Shown here: one piece after another, positions 38,287 through 50,741 of the stretch
How the letters are laid out: each line of letters begins with the position of its first letter
Position numbering within the stretch: the first letter of the stretch is position 1
Assembly: GCA_028534125.1 (NCBI GenBank)
Contig: CM052848.1
Location: 2,480,001 to 2,544,000 of the forward strand
DNA: 64,000 nucleotides
Direction of reading: 5' to 3'
From: Lama glama
Lineage: Eukaryota
Notes under the pieces: model-generated
The model's input: the letters and a program-made list of their open reading frames with translations, nothing else
Told to the model about the DNA's origin: nothing
The model's database searches: none
Made by a program: the position numbers and the translations under genes

Positions 38287-39419
38287 ATTTTCTTTAAACA
38301 GGAATAATATTCATTCATATGCTTACAGGACACCTGTTAAGAACTGTATTTTCAAAGTAGAATATCAATCACTCCTTAATTCAGGAATTTTAGGAAGTCA
38401 CTAAACATATGGAACCTTCCATGCGATGCCAGGAAAGGGGAAAAATAATAATATATTGTGAGGATAAAATGAAACGACAAATGTAAACAACTTGGCCCAT
38501 TACCTAGAGCACAGTAAGAACTCAGTAAAGATTAAGGACTTAGAAATAATACAGAATCAAACTTAATAGGAGTACTTAGTATTTGCCATGCAAAACCCTT
38601 TCAGTGCGTTCTCTTCTAACCCTCCACAGCCGTGCTCTGAAGGATTTGCTATCAGGGAGTCAGAATCACCTCCTAAAGGCCCCACAGGGCGATACTTCTC
38701 AGGACTGGTTACCGAACTCGGGCTGCAGAGAACATTCTCAACTCCTCCGCTCAGTCTTTCGTTCATCCGTGGGCAATAAAGTAACACCCAGAAATCCCTG
38801 CTTTCTCTGAGCGCCCATTTGGAGACACGCACACTGCTGCGTACCACGCCGACCCTGCTTTAGTGATCGCTTCTGCCTAAACTCGCTGCCCCCAAACTCA
38901 CGCTGACACAGAATTTCCATCTATGGCATATTTTGTGGTGGGTTCTAATCGCCCTGTGAAGGGCGCGAGTGGAAGGGGACCTGCCCTGGCGGAGGCTGGA
39001 GGGAGAGTCTGCTGGGTGCTGTGAGGCAGGGCTGCTGTCCTCGTCACGGGGCCCGGGACTGGCTGCTGTGACACCCGCAGCACAGCAGCGCCCACGGCGG
39101 CCAAGGCCGGGCTTCAGGGGCAGCCGGTCAGTTACTACTGGCTGTCGGGAGCCTCAGCCACAGTGTTTCTCAGAGGCAGAAACTGGCCTCTTCAGAGAGC
39201 CCCGCCTCCGTTTCTGAACAAGCTAAATACACTATCAGTTTACAAACTCACTTCGGAAAAAAAAAAAAAAGACTGAAAAATAAAAGGTGTCGTCCGGCAC
39301 CATCTGCCCTTGTGATGGGCACCATTACTCAGCGAATGAGACCCAGTAGAAAATTATTTTAAGAATTTTTTTATTACTTGTATTACATAAAATCAAGAAA
39401 ACAAGAAAACAAATTGTGT

Positions 39420-39445
39420 GTACACACACACACACACACACACGC
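39420..39445. repeat. (CA)n microsatellite
   Basis: About 11 CA units read directly. Confidence 0.85.
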
Positions 39446-39755
39446 ATATACATGCTCTACTTGCTTGCAGGTGTGCAGTGGCCTTGTGTTAAACTTTGTG
39501 CATCTAGAGATAAACTAGGCAAGATTCAAAACTCAAGGGGCTTGTAGTCTCGTAAGAGATAAACAAAATACAGTGCCAGTGTAGTAAGACCAGTGCTAAG
39601 GCACTCATCATGTATTCTGCATAGGGAGTGGCAGAGCAGTATCTTGTAATCATGCAAATATAGAAGAGATGATGATTAAATTTGGGTGATGATGAAAGGA
39701 GGGCAGTAGAGATATTATCACAAAGAAGGACATTCAGCCCAAAGGAGAGGTTTGA

Positions 39756-39855
39756 NNNNNNNNNNNNNNNNNNNNNNNNNNNNNNNNNNNNNNNNNNNNN
39801 NNNNNNNNNNNNNNNNNNNNNNNNNNNNNNNNNNNNNNNNNNNNNNNNNNNNNNN
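39756..39855. other. Assembly gap (100 N)
   Basis: Run of N. Confidence 0.99.
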
Positions 39856-41653
39856 GTGCAGAGAGCACACGTTGAGTGACATGGGCGAGGACAGATGTGA
39901 ACATGGACAGTGGCTTTTTTGTGTTGTTTTTCTAAACTTAGAACCTGAACACTCTCTAAATGGCTGTCCTCCTTAATGTGGAGTCTACTGTTCATTTTGC
40001 AAGTTGGCCCGCACCTCCATACATTTTTTGTTTCTCTGCTCACGAATACAATGCTTTCCCATGAATCACGGAGGAAACATGCGATTCTCAGGGGCACTGA
40101 TATCCCCCCTGGGCTGAGTCTTACACAGGGAAAGCCGATAATCACTCCTATTCTGGTGTAATTTTAAAAATGATAGACCATCAGCGACTTGACCTGGCCA
40201 ACTCCCCTATGGAGATCCACTCTTCAGGGCGTTCATTAGATTTTCAGACTTCCGTGCTGTTTCAGCGCCTTCTCTTTCGAAACAGCAGCTCCCCTAGGGT
40301 TCAGCTAATATGGTTTTCCACCCCTCAGTTGCTTTAACGCCGAGATCTGTAGGTGATAGCCACCGAAGGTGCAGCCCATCTCAGCAAGCGGAGGCCGACA
40401 ATGTGCACTTGCCTGCTTTCCGAGGTTCAGGTAGGACGGGCGCCGCTGTGGTTAAGGCCCTGCAAGTTCCCTCCCCGTGATTTACCCTCATCCTTTACGG
40501 GAACGTTGTCCTTTCTGTCCCTTTTCACTCATTCAGTTATTGTTTCCATCACCCTAATTCCTTTCAACAATAAATGTATCTGCTGTAGACTACTTCCGTT
40601 GGTCATATTCACAAACAGGATGCTTTCAGCGATCCCCTTTCCTGAATTTTGACTTCGTGTTTACTGGAGTTTATGCCAGTATTGCCAGGTACATAAGGGT
40701 CGTACACTGCAGAGAACACACGCGCATTTCATACGAAAGGGGACAGTGATGATGAGAGACCTGGCGTTGTCACGCACCTCAGGAGTAAGCAGGATGAAAT
40801 GTGAGTTACAAACCTCTGTTCCTGAGAATAGGTGAGGACTGTTTTTAAAATCCCTCATGGTTCAGAGGAGCGGAAGGCACGGACGTGCACATCTTGATCC
40901 TGGCCTGTGAATGGCTGAATCAGCAAGGCGCACTTTCTGGATACTGAGTTGAAAATCCATGTCTCCATGTACTACAGTCCCTCCAGTGGCCCACGTATGT
41001 GTTGGGCCACCTCAGAGCTCGTCCTGGGAACGTGAGGTTTGGGAGCTTAGGAGAAAGTTTAAGGTGTGTTGTTAATATTTCTTAACTGGTGATGTGAAAC
41101 CTTCACTGTACCACCAAGAATGCTCGGAAGATCTCCCACTGACTATTACGCAGTAGCCAAAAATAGAACAAAAAAGTATTGACATGGATTAACCCGAAAT
41201 GTAACATTGGAACAGAATGTTTCCTAGGACGCCCGCCCTAGGAAGTCTCGGGTGAATAACCACTTAAATGGTTCAAGTATCACAGACAACATAATCTAGG
41301 TCATGTGATAATTATGTATGTTGATATACACCCTCACACACACACACGTAGAGTGACTTTCAGTGCCGGGTCCTACACTCGGATGGCGGGTTAGCTCGTG
41401 CACATGTGCGTTACCACAGAATCATCACGGCTGGACCTCCCGGCTTCTGCAGGACGGAACAAACTATGATTCCAATTTTATAGACGACAAATGGAGAACT
41501 GGAAGAGAACAGACTGCTAACCGTGAAGACAGTCCTACAGAACGAGCTGCAGCCTTTTAAGTCCTTTTAAATGGAAACATCTTTAATGCTACGGCTCAGC
41601 CATTTATTTGTACTTATTACTAATGGCTCTTCAAAGGTCACTGTACTTAAAGG

Positions 41654-41656
<3 letters not shown>

Positions 41657-41712
<56 letters not shown>
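41657..41712. repeat. (TG)28 perfect microsatellite
   Basis: Read directly from the sequence. Confidence 0.97.
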
Positions 41713-41716
<4 letters not shown>

Positions 41717-42991
41717 TGTTGGGGGGGGGCCCTTCCTCAGAGAGACCATGACTTAAAAACCTTATCGTCTTATCATTTGACCTTGTGTGTATTTAATTTT
41801 CCACGTTATCATTGGTTTGAAACATTTAATGAATCCAAACAGCCATCTATTCTAGCATTCTTTTTCATAATTTTATGACTTTTAATCATTTCTTTGCTTA
41901 ACTAAATAAGGGGAAAGTAATCACTAACTAATCTCTGTGTGGACTTATGTTTCTCATAATATAAATTTCTTTGAAATTATTTGAACCATGGTTGGAGCTA
42001 TTGGAATTGGACCGATCAGTAACTGAACTGCAATTCAGCCAAAAAAAAAAAAAACAGTTAAAATTTTATATACTGGTATTAAAGATGCCTATGAACTGAA
42101 TTATTCAAGTAGCAATGTTCACAATTTTCTATGTTTTTATAAATAATAAATTATGTGCATGCACATATATATGTATATATGTATATATATATATAATTCT
42201 GGGGCTGTATCTAAGGCGGTAATTGATACATGAAATATCTTTACATGTTCATTGAATATGAGTATTTGTGTTCCTCTCAGTGGCTTGTACATCAAATGCG
42301 CTTACTGAAATCTTTTTTCTTGATTGACTGACAACAAACTTCCTAAGACAGCCAGGAGAAGAAAAAGCTATAAAAATCCTATGCATTTAATTCCTTGATA
42401 TAAATCCATTTTATAGAGAAAGAGCAAGGAGTTCACCTTTTTTTCCTTGATGTGGCAAACATTCTTGAAGTAAACATAAAATAAATGTATAGAACTCTTC
42501 TGTGTAAAAGGAACATTAGAGGGTCAAAGTTTATTCTATCACATTTAGCCACAGAAGCAAAGTAATTTACTGGACTCCTAACCCTACTGTCAAGGCAAGG
42601 AAGTTACATTTATTACAAAAGTCAGGCACAGAGAGGGGGATAAAAAGTCGTGGAAATTCTTAGGGGAGGAACTTCAAGAACCTTAGACTTGCTGTGCTTG
42701 TAAGGAAAGTCCAATTTCCCTTCTGAGAGTTGAATGCAGATCTCCTTAATAGGAGTTGCTGTGAGCAGGAAAGAGGAAAAAAAATACGTTCATGAGAAGA
42801 TCAACTTTGTGCAAAAGAGAATAAATGAAAGTTGCAGGGAAGGTGGCTGATACTGAAGGGAAAACAGGAAAAGACATTAAAGGGTAAAGTAAAAGGGACC
42901 ACTGGAAGCCATCAGGAAAGCAGAACTACCTCTGAATTTTCTTGTTCTGCATTGCCCATCCCACCACCAACCTGGAAGGCCAGACACAGAA

Positions 42992-43170
42992 NNNNNNNNN
43001 NNNNNNNNNNNNNNNNNNNNNNNNNNNNNNNNNNNNNNNNNNNNNNNNNNNNNNNNNNNNNNNNNNNNNNNNNNNNNNNNNNNNNNNNNNNNNNNNNNNN
43101 NNNNNNNNNNNNNNNNNNNNNNNNNNNNNNNNNNNNNNNNNNNNNNNNNNNNNNNNNNNNNNNNNNNNNN
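42992..43170. other. Assembly gap (179 N)
   Basis: Run of N. Confidence 0.99.
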
Positions 43171-44339
43171 TTGGGAGTCTCCATCAGGATGACCATGATC
43201 AGTGGGGGTGGTAATTAGAGGAACTGGAGTCAGGTGGAGCCAGGAATAAGCAGCCAGCACCTCCACCTGCGAGTGTGAAGACAGCTTTGATTCTTTTAGC
43301 AGATACAGTAAATGTGAGAAGTTATAATCAATGTAAGAAGCATTTTGGATGCGGTTCTGAGCTTAAGTGTGACGTCCACATTTTGACTTTACTGAAGGAA
43401 TCAACATAAAAGAAATCCTGGGGCCAGGAAACTCAGAGTAATACAGGGCTACTCAAAAGGCACCCTGGGAATGATGGTAAATCCTGACCATCGTCCTGCG
43501 AGAAAGAAAAACATGTGTTAGATCAGTATATATTTGTTAAACACGTTATTCTGTGTGTGCCAGGTTGTATGCGGAAAAACAAGAATGAAAACCAACTGGT
43601 TTTTGTTCATTTGTTTTCAGTTCAACTTTGGAAGAGTTTCTTTTACCTGCAGGACTTCTTGGGTCCCCAGGAATTCCAGGAGCATCAGTTTAGGCAGGAT
43701 ATTCTTGCTAGTATTTCCGATTATGATTTCTGCTCATGGCATCAGCGGAAATGTAAATCCCCATTTTGCGCGCTATGTGGGGTTTTAAATTCTCAGAGAT
43801 GTTCAGCTCCCACAGCGGTTCTCAAACTGGGCTGCGCTTTGGGACTGCCTGCGCAGTGCAGAGGTCCTGGGCTCATCAGGCGGTGCGATGCAGCACCCCT
43901 GCTTTTCGTTCCTGTTCCTCTGCCCCCGCGGGCGCTGCTGGAGCACCAGGCCTGAGAGCCTCTGCCTTACGGACTGTGCTTGGCTGACTCTCCTCTGAAA
44001 GGTCAGACACCTTTCGCCGAAGGTGCAGCCCTCGTCTACAGGACACTGGCTTTTCACGGGTCTCTGTTCCCCCCCACTCCATGTCCTTGTCTAGTGTCCC
44101 GAGCCCCTAGACTGCACAAAGCCATAACCCCAGGTCAACCCAGCCCCGCCGTGCTGGCACACGTGTTTAGTGATCCAGCGATCAGGCGCCCTTCCTTTCT
44201 GAAAGCTGAGAAGTTCTTCTCCTTACTTCTTTTTCCCTTGTAAGCGTAGTTTCTTCTGTTAAATCCCTCTTCTTCTATTTTATCCAGAAGTTCTAAGTGT
44301 TTGTGGCTGGCAGTTTTTGTACAGATTGTATCCCATTAT

Positions 44340-44610
44340 TTCTTTTTATGTCTCAAGCTCAACTTAAATGTCAGCTCTTCGGCCAAGCATTTCCTTTTAG
44401 TCAGACTTTCTGTGTATTCTGTGAGCACCCCGTGCTCACCTGTATCAAGCCACCTATGACTGTCACGGGGTCTTTAACGTGCATACCTGTCATTTTCAGT
44501 CCATATTGCACCACCTGAGGACCGTGGACCACGTCCTAAATAACACACTACATCACGCTGTTACCCCAGTCCCTGGCCCAGAGAGACACAAGAAGGAGAT
44601 AAACTGGGTA
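44340..44610 (+). mobile_element. L2 3' end
   Basis: 'tctcaagctcaacttaaatgtcagctcttcggccaagcatttcc...ccccagtccctggcccagag'. Confidence 0.5.
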
Positions 44611-44735
44611 AACCAAGATCCTAAGTGTTTCTTGCTTTTTTTTTTTTTAAAACTACGGTTGAGAAGATACCACACAAATAGTCATTTCATAATTGCACAC
44701 AGCATCACGATTTTTAAGAGGCAGCGGCTAGAATC

Positions 44736-44933
44736 CGGGCCGTCCGACTCAGTAGCCACTGACCGCATGTGGTCAATTTCAGTTGAATTACTTAACATTA
44801 AAAATTAGCTTCTTCCCCACACGACCCACATGTCAAAGACTTACCAGCCACACGTGGCTGGGGGAACCTGTACTGGACAGCACGGAGTGTAGGGTATCTA
44901 TCCAACGTTGCAGAAATTTTTAGGGGGCAGCAG
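44736..44933 (-). mobile_element. MER3 hAT MITE
   Basis: 'gtagccactgaccgcatgtgg...cagccacacgtggctgg...gtactggacagcac...gcagaaattttta' is collinear with reverse-complement MER3. Confidence 0.7.
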
Positions 44934-46519
44934 AGAGATAGAATGTTTTTGAGGCGGTTGGCTCCATTTTACTGTGAAAATGCTACCAAAGGACCTTTCT
45001 ATCCATTCTCAGCAGGAAGTTTTGAACTAAATTGTAATGACATCATTTGAAACACAAGTGTTAGCTCATTTCCCTTATCACAGAACAGTCACCCGGGGTC
45101 TCACCTGCCTTTAGGCTCTACATAGCACCACGGCGAGGTTTCTCACTTGACAGTCCAGCAGCCCAAGGTTTGGAGCAGCTTTGCCAAACCAACACAGAGT
45201 TTTCAAATGAAAAGGAGCAGATTACAGCGGAGAGAAGCTAGCCCACAGCTGGGCACCCTGCTCCCCAGAGGACCACGGGACAGGTGCGCTCAGCAAGATG
45301 CGCCAGCGCAGTTGCCAAGCACCTGACGTCACCTGCTGCCGTGGGCGCAGACGGACTGTGTTTGTGCCCTTACAGCCCAGCACGACATTCCATCATGTGT
45401 GGATGCAGGAATTAGAGAAAGCAACGTGGCATCCAACATGCTGCCCGGGCGTGAGCCGAGCATGGTCCTCAGGAGTGTCCGCGTCAGGACCACGGGCAGC
45501 CCGGTGCACTGTCCGGCACTGCAGTACATCAGGGCCCCCTTTCTGTCCCTCCATAGCCTGTAAGGACTGACGCTGCCCCGAGGTGTTTATATTCCATTCC
45601 AAAGGTACATGCCTTTCCACAGCTCGCGGTTACGAGAATGTCTTTGGGTATTCATAGGGGTATCCATCACGCTGGAGAAGAGCGATCCTGTTTGGTAATT
45701 ATTATCATAGAAATTCAAGTAAATGCCAGAATGGCGTTTAAAAAATACACGCCTTGGGAACTCTCCGTCTTCAATGATCAGAGTCTTGGGCAAAACTATT
45801 TTGTTTGGAACTCTCATTTTTTATTGACCTAGTCTCTTGTGGTTTGTTTGAAAAAGCTCAGTGCAGAGATGTTAAATTTACTAGGTAAATCACACACAGA
45901 TGTACACCCCTACACACACAAACACACATTTCTTAAGATAAAAAATAAACTAGTAGTATCCACTGACAGGAAAATATTCAGAACTTAAAAGAACATTCAG
46001 CAAGTTTGGTGACAGATCTTGCAAACTTTATGTCAAAGAGTGACAGCTGTAAATCCACTGACCAAAAGCTCTCTGTGTTTTCCTTTTATTTTTCTTTTTG
46101 ATTTGGCTTTGAGTGTGAGAGAGCTGGTCTTATCCAGCTGGAACCTTTCTTTGGCTCATAAGCCCCAGAGTCACCTTTAAAGCATTCTTACTCTCAGATC
46201 TGCTGCCGAGTTGAGGCAAAGTGACATCCGTGGCTTTCCCCATGATTGTTTAAAGCAGAAGATGGGGACTTGGATGTTGGCTAAGGTGAAACTGATTCTG
46301 CTGCATCTCCAACAGTCGGCACAGAGTGACTGTTTGAGGGTGACACGCCATCGTTCTCACACGAACCCACCTTTCCTAATAACATTCTCAGAAAACACAG
46401 GGAAGAAAGAATTCTGGGAAGTCTGTGTTTTAACCACCCCTGTGTGAGTCACAAAGGGAAGGCGCCCAGAGTTGTGGTAGAAGCAGGGAGTTGCATGGGG
46501 AGGGATGCAAATTCCCAAA

Positions 46520-46710
46520 ATAAAGGGAAAGGAAAGAAGGAAGGGAGGAAGGCAGGGTGGGGGGATAGAAGGGAGAGAGAGAGGAAAGGAAGGAAGGAAG
46601 GAAGGAAAAGAAAGAAAGAAAGAGAAAGAGACAGAGAAGGAAAGGAAAGGAAAAGAAAGGAAAGGAAGAAGGAGGTGGGGAAGGAACGAAGAAGGAAGGA
46701 AGAAAGGAAG
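46520..46710 (+). repeat. GA-rich low-complexity tract (GGAA/GAAA/GGAAA)
   Basis: About 190 bp of almost pure purines. Confidence 0.9.
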
Positions 46711-47004
46711 TTAGGTAGTTATAGGCAAAGACAGCAGAAAAATATAGAAACTCGCCATAATTTAACCATCTATTATTGTAAGGTAAAAGAAATCATTGGG
46801 GGAGGTCAAGTTTGGTGATCATTTTTTTTTTTTAGCAAATTCACTGATCATTGTAGCTTGCATGTGTAGACACCTGCTCTCTTACTATGCCGTGTTGGAA
46901 TCAGAGAGTGTGCATGAAGCAGTGCTGCAAAGCAAGAAGAGTAATTACAGAAGGAAACTGGGGGACACCCAGTGCGGCCAGCAAAGCCAGAGAAGAATGA
47001 GAGT

Positions 47005-47163
47005 ATTTTTTAGTATTTTATTTAAAATATGCTAATACTTGTTTTAATTTGGGGGAGGAGGTAGTTAGGTTTATTTATTTATTTTTGAGGAGGAGCAGGG
47101 GACTGAACCCAGGGCCTTGTACATGCTAAGCATGCGCTCTGCCACTTGGGCTCTACCCTCCCC
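47005..47163 (-). mobile_element. Camelid tRNA-derived SINE (Vic-1-type)
   Basis: Minus strand GGGGAGGGTAGAGCCCAAGTGGCAGAGCGCATGCTTAGCATGTACAAGGCCCTGGGTTCAGTCCCC with A/B boxes and an A-rich tail; TSD AAGAATGAG(A/G)GT at 46993-47004 and 47164-47175. Confidence 0.9.
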
Positions 47164-47699
47164 AAGAATGAGGGTCGTGAAGAGTGACTTAGGGCCTGAT
47201 GGGGAGGCACTCCTGGTTGTTCTATCAACAATGGCAATCTTCACTGATCTTTAGCTTCTAAAACTCAGCACTACTCAACTGTCTGCACGGCTCAAGAGAA
47301 GCTAGATTTCCTGTAATTTGTTTGTCAGATTCCTAGTACATAAAAGCCAGACTAACAGCAGGTCATGATGAGCTAGAAAAGACACGGAGAAAGTGAGACG
47401 TAAACATTCACAAACATTTTAACCCATGTTCCTTCTTTCATCACATAAATTTTCCTTGGAGGGGGACATGACTTCCGACTCCATCCATGAGACCACCACC
47501 CCTCTGGCGTACTATGACTTCCATCCTCTGACTCTATAATTTTCAATATGTGAACAACACACTTTGGTATTCAGCTATATGCTGTCTTGCATTAATATTT
47601 TAAAATTTATTTGTATATAGTTTCCCCCAAAAGATAAGTATTAAGTTTTTCTTTGTTTTAATTTTTACACAGTACCTCACACAGCACTGTGCGTATAAA

Positions 47700-49125
47700 A
47701 GTCTCACCTCACACTTCCTGGTTTCACACTTACTGTAAATCTACCGTAACCAAAACAGTGTGGCATTGGCTTAAGACAGACATACGGTTCTATGGGATAG
47801 AACTGAGAGTCCAGAAATGAACCCCTATATCTCTGGCCAATTAATTTTGACACAAGCGCCATCTATTCAATGAGGAAAGAGCAGTCCTTTCGACCGTTAG
47901 AAACTTGCATATCCACATGCAAAAGGGAACAGCTGGACCCCTCCCTCATGCCATATACAGAAACTAACCCAAAATGGATAAGTGACCTAAATATAAGATC
48001 CGAAGCCACGAGATCCTTGTAAAGAAACACAGGGGTAAATTACCACGACCTTGAGTCTGGTGATGGATTCTTAGATGTGATACCAAAAGCACGGGCAACA
48101 AAAGGAGAAATAGATGAACTGGACTTTATCAAAATTTAAAAAATATACATTTGCCAAAAGGTATAAAANNNNNNNNNNNNNNNNNNNNNNNNNNNNNNNN
48201 NNNNNNNNNNNNNNNNNNNNNNNNNNNNNNNNNNNNNNNNNNNNNNNNNNNNNNNNNNNNNNNNNNNNNNNNNNNNNNNNNNNNNNNNNNNNNNNNNNNG
48301 AACAAAAGACATGAATAAACACTTCTCAAAAGAAGACAGACAAATGGGCAGCAGTTAGTCAATAGGAAAATATATATCAAAACAAAAGGAGGTATTACCC
48401 ACCAGGATGGGTCTCATCCGAATTATAGAAAATTCGAAGTGTTAACAAGGACGTGGACAATTGGAACCCTCATACATTGCGGGTGGGGGTGGTTTCAGCC
48501 CTGTAGAAAACAGTGTGGCAGTTTCTCAACAAGTTAAAAGTAAAATTACCATATGGTTGAACAATTTCACACCTTAGTATGTAACCAAAAGAACCAAAAA
48601 CAAGTAGTCAAAAAAAAAAAAAAGACAAAAAAAACCCAACCTGTACACACAGGTAAATAGCAGCATGGTTCACAATAGCCAAAACCTGTAAACAGCCCGA
48701 CTTTTTATCAGTGGAAGAACGGATGAAGAAATTGTGGTATAGCCATAAAATATAAAATTATTCAGCTATAAAAATGAATGGTATACAGAGGTATGTGACA
48801 ACGTGAATAAGCCTCAAGAACACGGTAACTGAAATGAGCCATCGGCAGACGGCGGCGTATGGTATGATGCCGTTTGTATGAAGCATCCAGAATACAGACA
48901 CAGTGCAGACTGGCGCTGCCTGAGGCTGGCTGGGGGTCGGGTGGGGGAGGACACGGGAAGCGGCTGCTTCATGGGTACGGGGTCTGCTTTGGGGTGATAA
49001 TCGTTTTGGAACTAGATAAAGGTAGTGATTGGATACTATTGTTAATTTACTATATTCTACTAAATTGCTCACTTTTTTAAATGGCCAACTTTCGTTATGT
49101 GAATTTCACTTCCATAATGAAAAAA
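47700..49125 (+). mobile_element. L1MB-like LINE-1: ORF2 3' part and 3' UTR, spanning a gap
   Basis: 'caaaacagtgtggcattggc...gagagtccagaaatgaaccc', 'ttggaaccctcatacattgc', and 3' UTR 'atgggtacggggtctgctttggggtgataatcgttttggaactagat...ttatgtgaatttcacttccataa'. Confidence 0.9.
48169..48299. other. Assembly gap (131 N)
   Basis: Run of N. Confidence 0.99.
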
Positions 49126-50205
49126 GGACTCGAAGATTGTTTCCTTATTATTTCATTCATTCGATAATAGTTTCAATTATTCATTAATTGTAGATTCATA
49201 GTTTAGTAAGACCATTCATATGCACATTTGCTATCTGGAAGGGGTCCGCATCCGTTTAGGCCTGACTTACAGCTGGCAATGTTTTCTTGGTTTGGACCTG
49301 CTTTTAGACGTCAGTGGAGTAATCCGATTACAAGCCCGTTGGAAGCATGAGAATGGTCCGCAGACAGGGAAGGTGATGCGGCAGAGGAATGCTGATCACG
49401 GACATGGAAGGGCAAGGGCGCAAATGCCAGCAGCTGGCTTCTTGAAATTTGTGCTGACTTTAACCTTTCCTGTCAATGGAGGACCAATTCTGCATAAGCA
49501 GTGTTTCAGCCTCTGCACCGTTGTCCTTCTGGGCTCCATAATTCTTTGGTGAAGGGATCGTTCTGTGCAGCGCAGGAAATTTAACAGAAGCGCTGGCCTC
49601 TGCCCAGTAGAGGTTGATGAGAGTAGCAACCCCTTCCGTCCTCACTTGGCAGATTTCACTGGAAGTGGGAAAGACAAAATTGCCCCTGACTGAGGGCTAT
49701 CAATCTGCAGTGACATCTTCAGAAGTTTTAAAACGGAGTCCTCTAAACAGTTATGGTGTCGAAACTGTCACTTGTCTGTGAGAAAAACATGAAAATCACG
49801 AAGAAATGGTTGGAAGAAGTTTTTGTTGTGATCACTGTTAAGAACCCCTTTTTATAAATTCAAAGGACTGCTCATGTTTTAATAAAAGGTGTTTAAACTC
49901 TTAATTATGGTAATTGTATTTGGCATTTTAATTAGTTGTTTTGTTGGAATGTTCTTGACATTGATGAGGCCTCAAAATTTATTTTGAAACATTTTGGCTT
50001 GGATTAAAAAAACCACCACCTAAAAAAATCAGGACTCATTGCTTAGGACCAGAGCAAGTCTTTTTCTCCTTCAGTCAAACTTTGAATGGAATCATCCTGG
50101 GATCCATACATACCTATTGCCACGTAAGTAACTCAAATTAGGAAGCCACTTGTAAGAATCAAGATGAGAAAAAAGTAAAGGAAAGCCATTGTATTTTCTT
50201 AACAC

Positions 50206-50400
50206 AGAGGTTGAGAACTGGTACCCTGCAGTCCCTACATGGCCCGCAGGCATGCTTTGTATAACAGCATAATTGTTTTAAAGCTGTGATTTAATTGCCA
50301 GTATTTTTAAAGATAAGATTTTACATTTACACCTGCATTGCTGGCTCCGCTTTGACAATGGTAGGCTCACCTTTTGACACGGCGAAAGCAGCTGGAACTT
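50206..50400 (+). mobile_element. MER102-like hAT fragment
   Basis: 'cagaggttgagaactgg...ggcccgcaggcatgctttgt...aattgccagtatttttaaagataagattttacat'. Confidence 0.6.
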
Positions 50401-50741
50401 AGGAAATTATTCCCATCCAATTCAGTATATATTCACCAATGGACCCATTTGTCTCCATCTTCAATCCACTTAAAGTTGTCCTGCTTGACTCATTTGTATT
50501 ATTCTTAGAACAAATTATTAAGAACACCAAACTGCTGTTATGTTGTGCTTCTTTTTTCATAAAAGCCAGAAGGAGATGGTTTGAGCATCACTTAATAAAA
50601 GGTATCTGCATTTCATTCTTTTTAAAACTCTTTAAACTAGTCTTACAAATACAATGACAGCGAAAAATATTCAAAGAAAAAGAAATCAAACCAATTATTT
50701 TGAAGTTTTATGATTTCGTTGGTGTTTTTGTTTGTTTAAAC

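Noticed and set aside
39504-40145. Longest ORF in the track (213 aa, minus strand)
   Set aside because: It runs through a 100-N gap and has no recognisable domain. The ORFs at 42832-43266 and 48071-48380 span gaps in the same way.
43515-43955. 146-aa Cys-rich ORF
   Set aside because: It has a non-ATG start, no recognisable family or metal-finger spacing, and its 3' part overlaps a probable MER5-like remnant (cagcggttctcaaact).
46444-46818. K/R/E-rich 124-aa ORF
   Set aside because: It is the translation of the GA-rich simple repeat.
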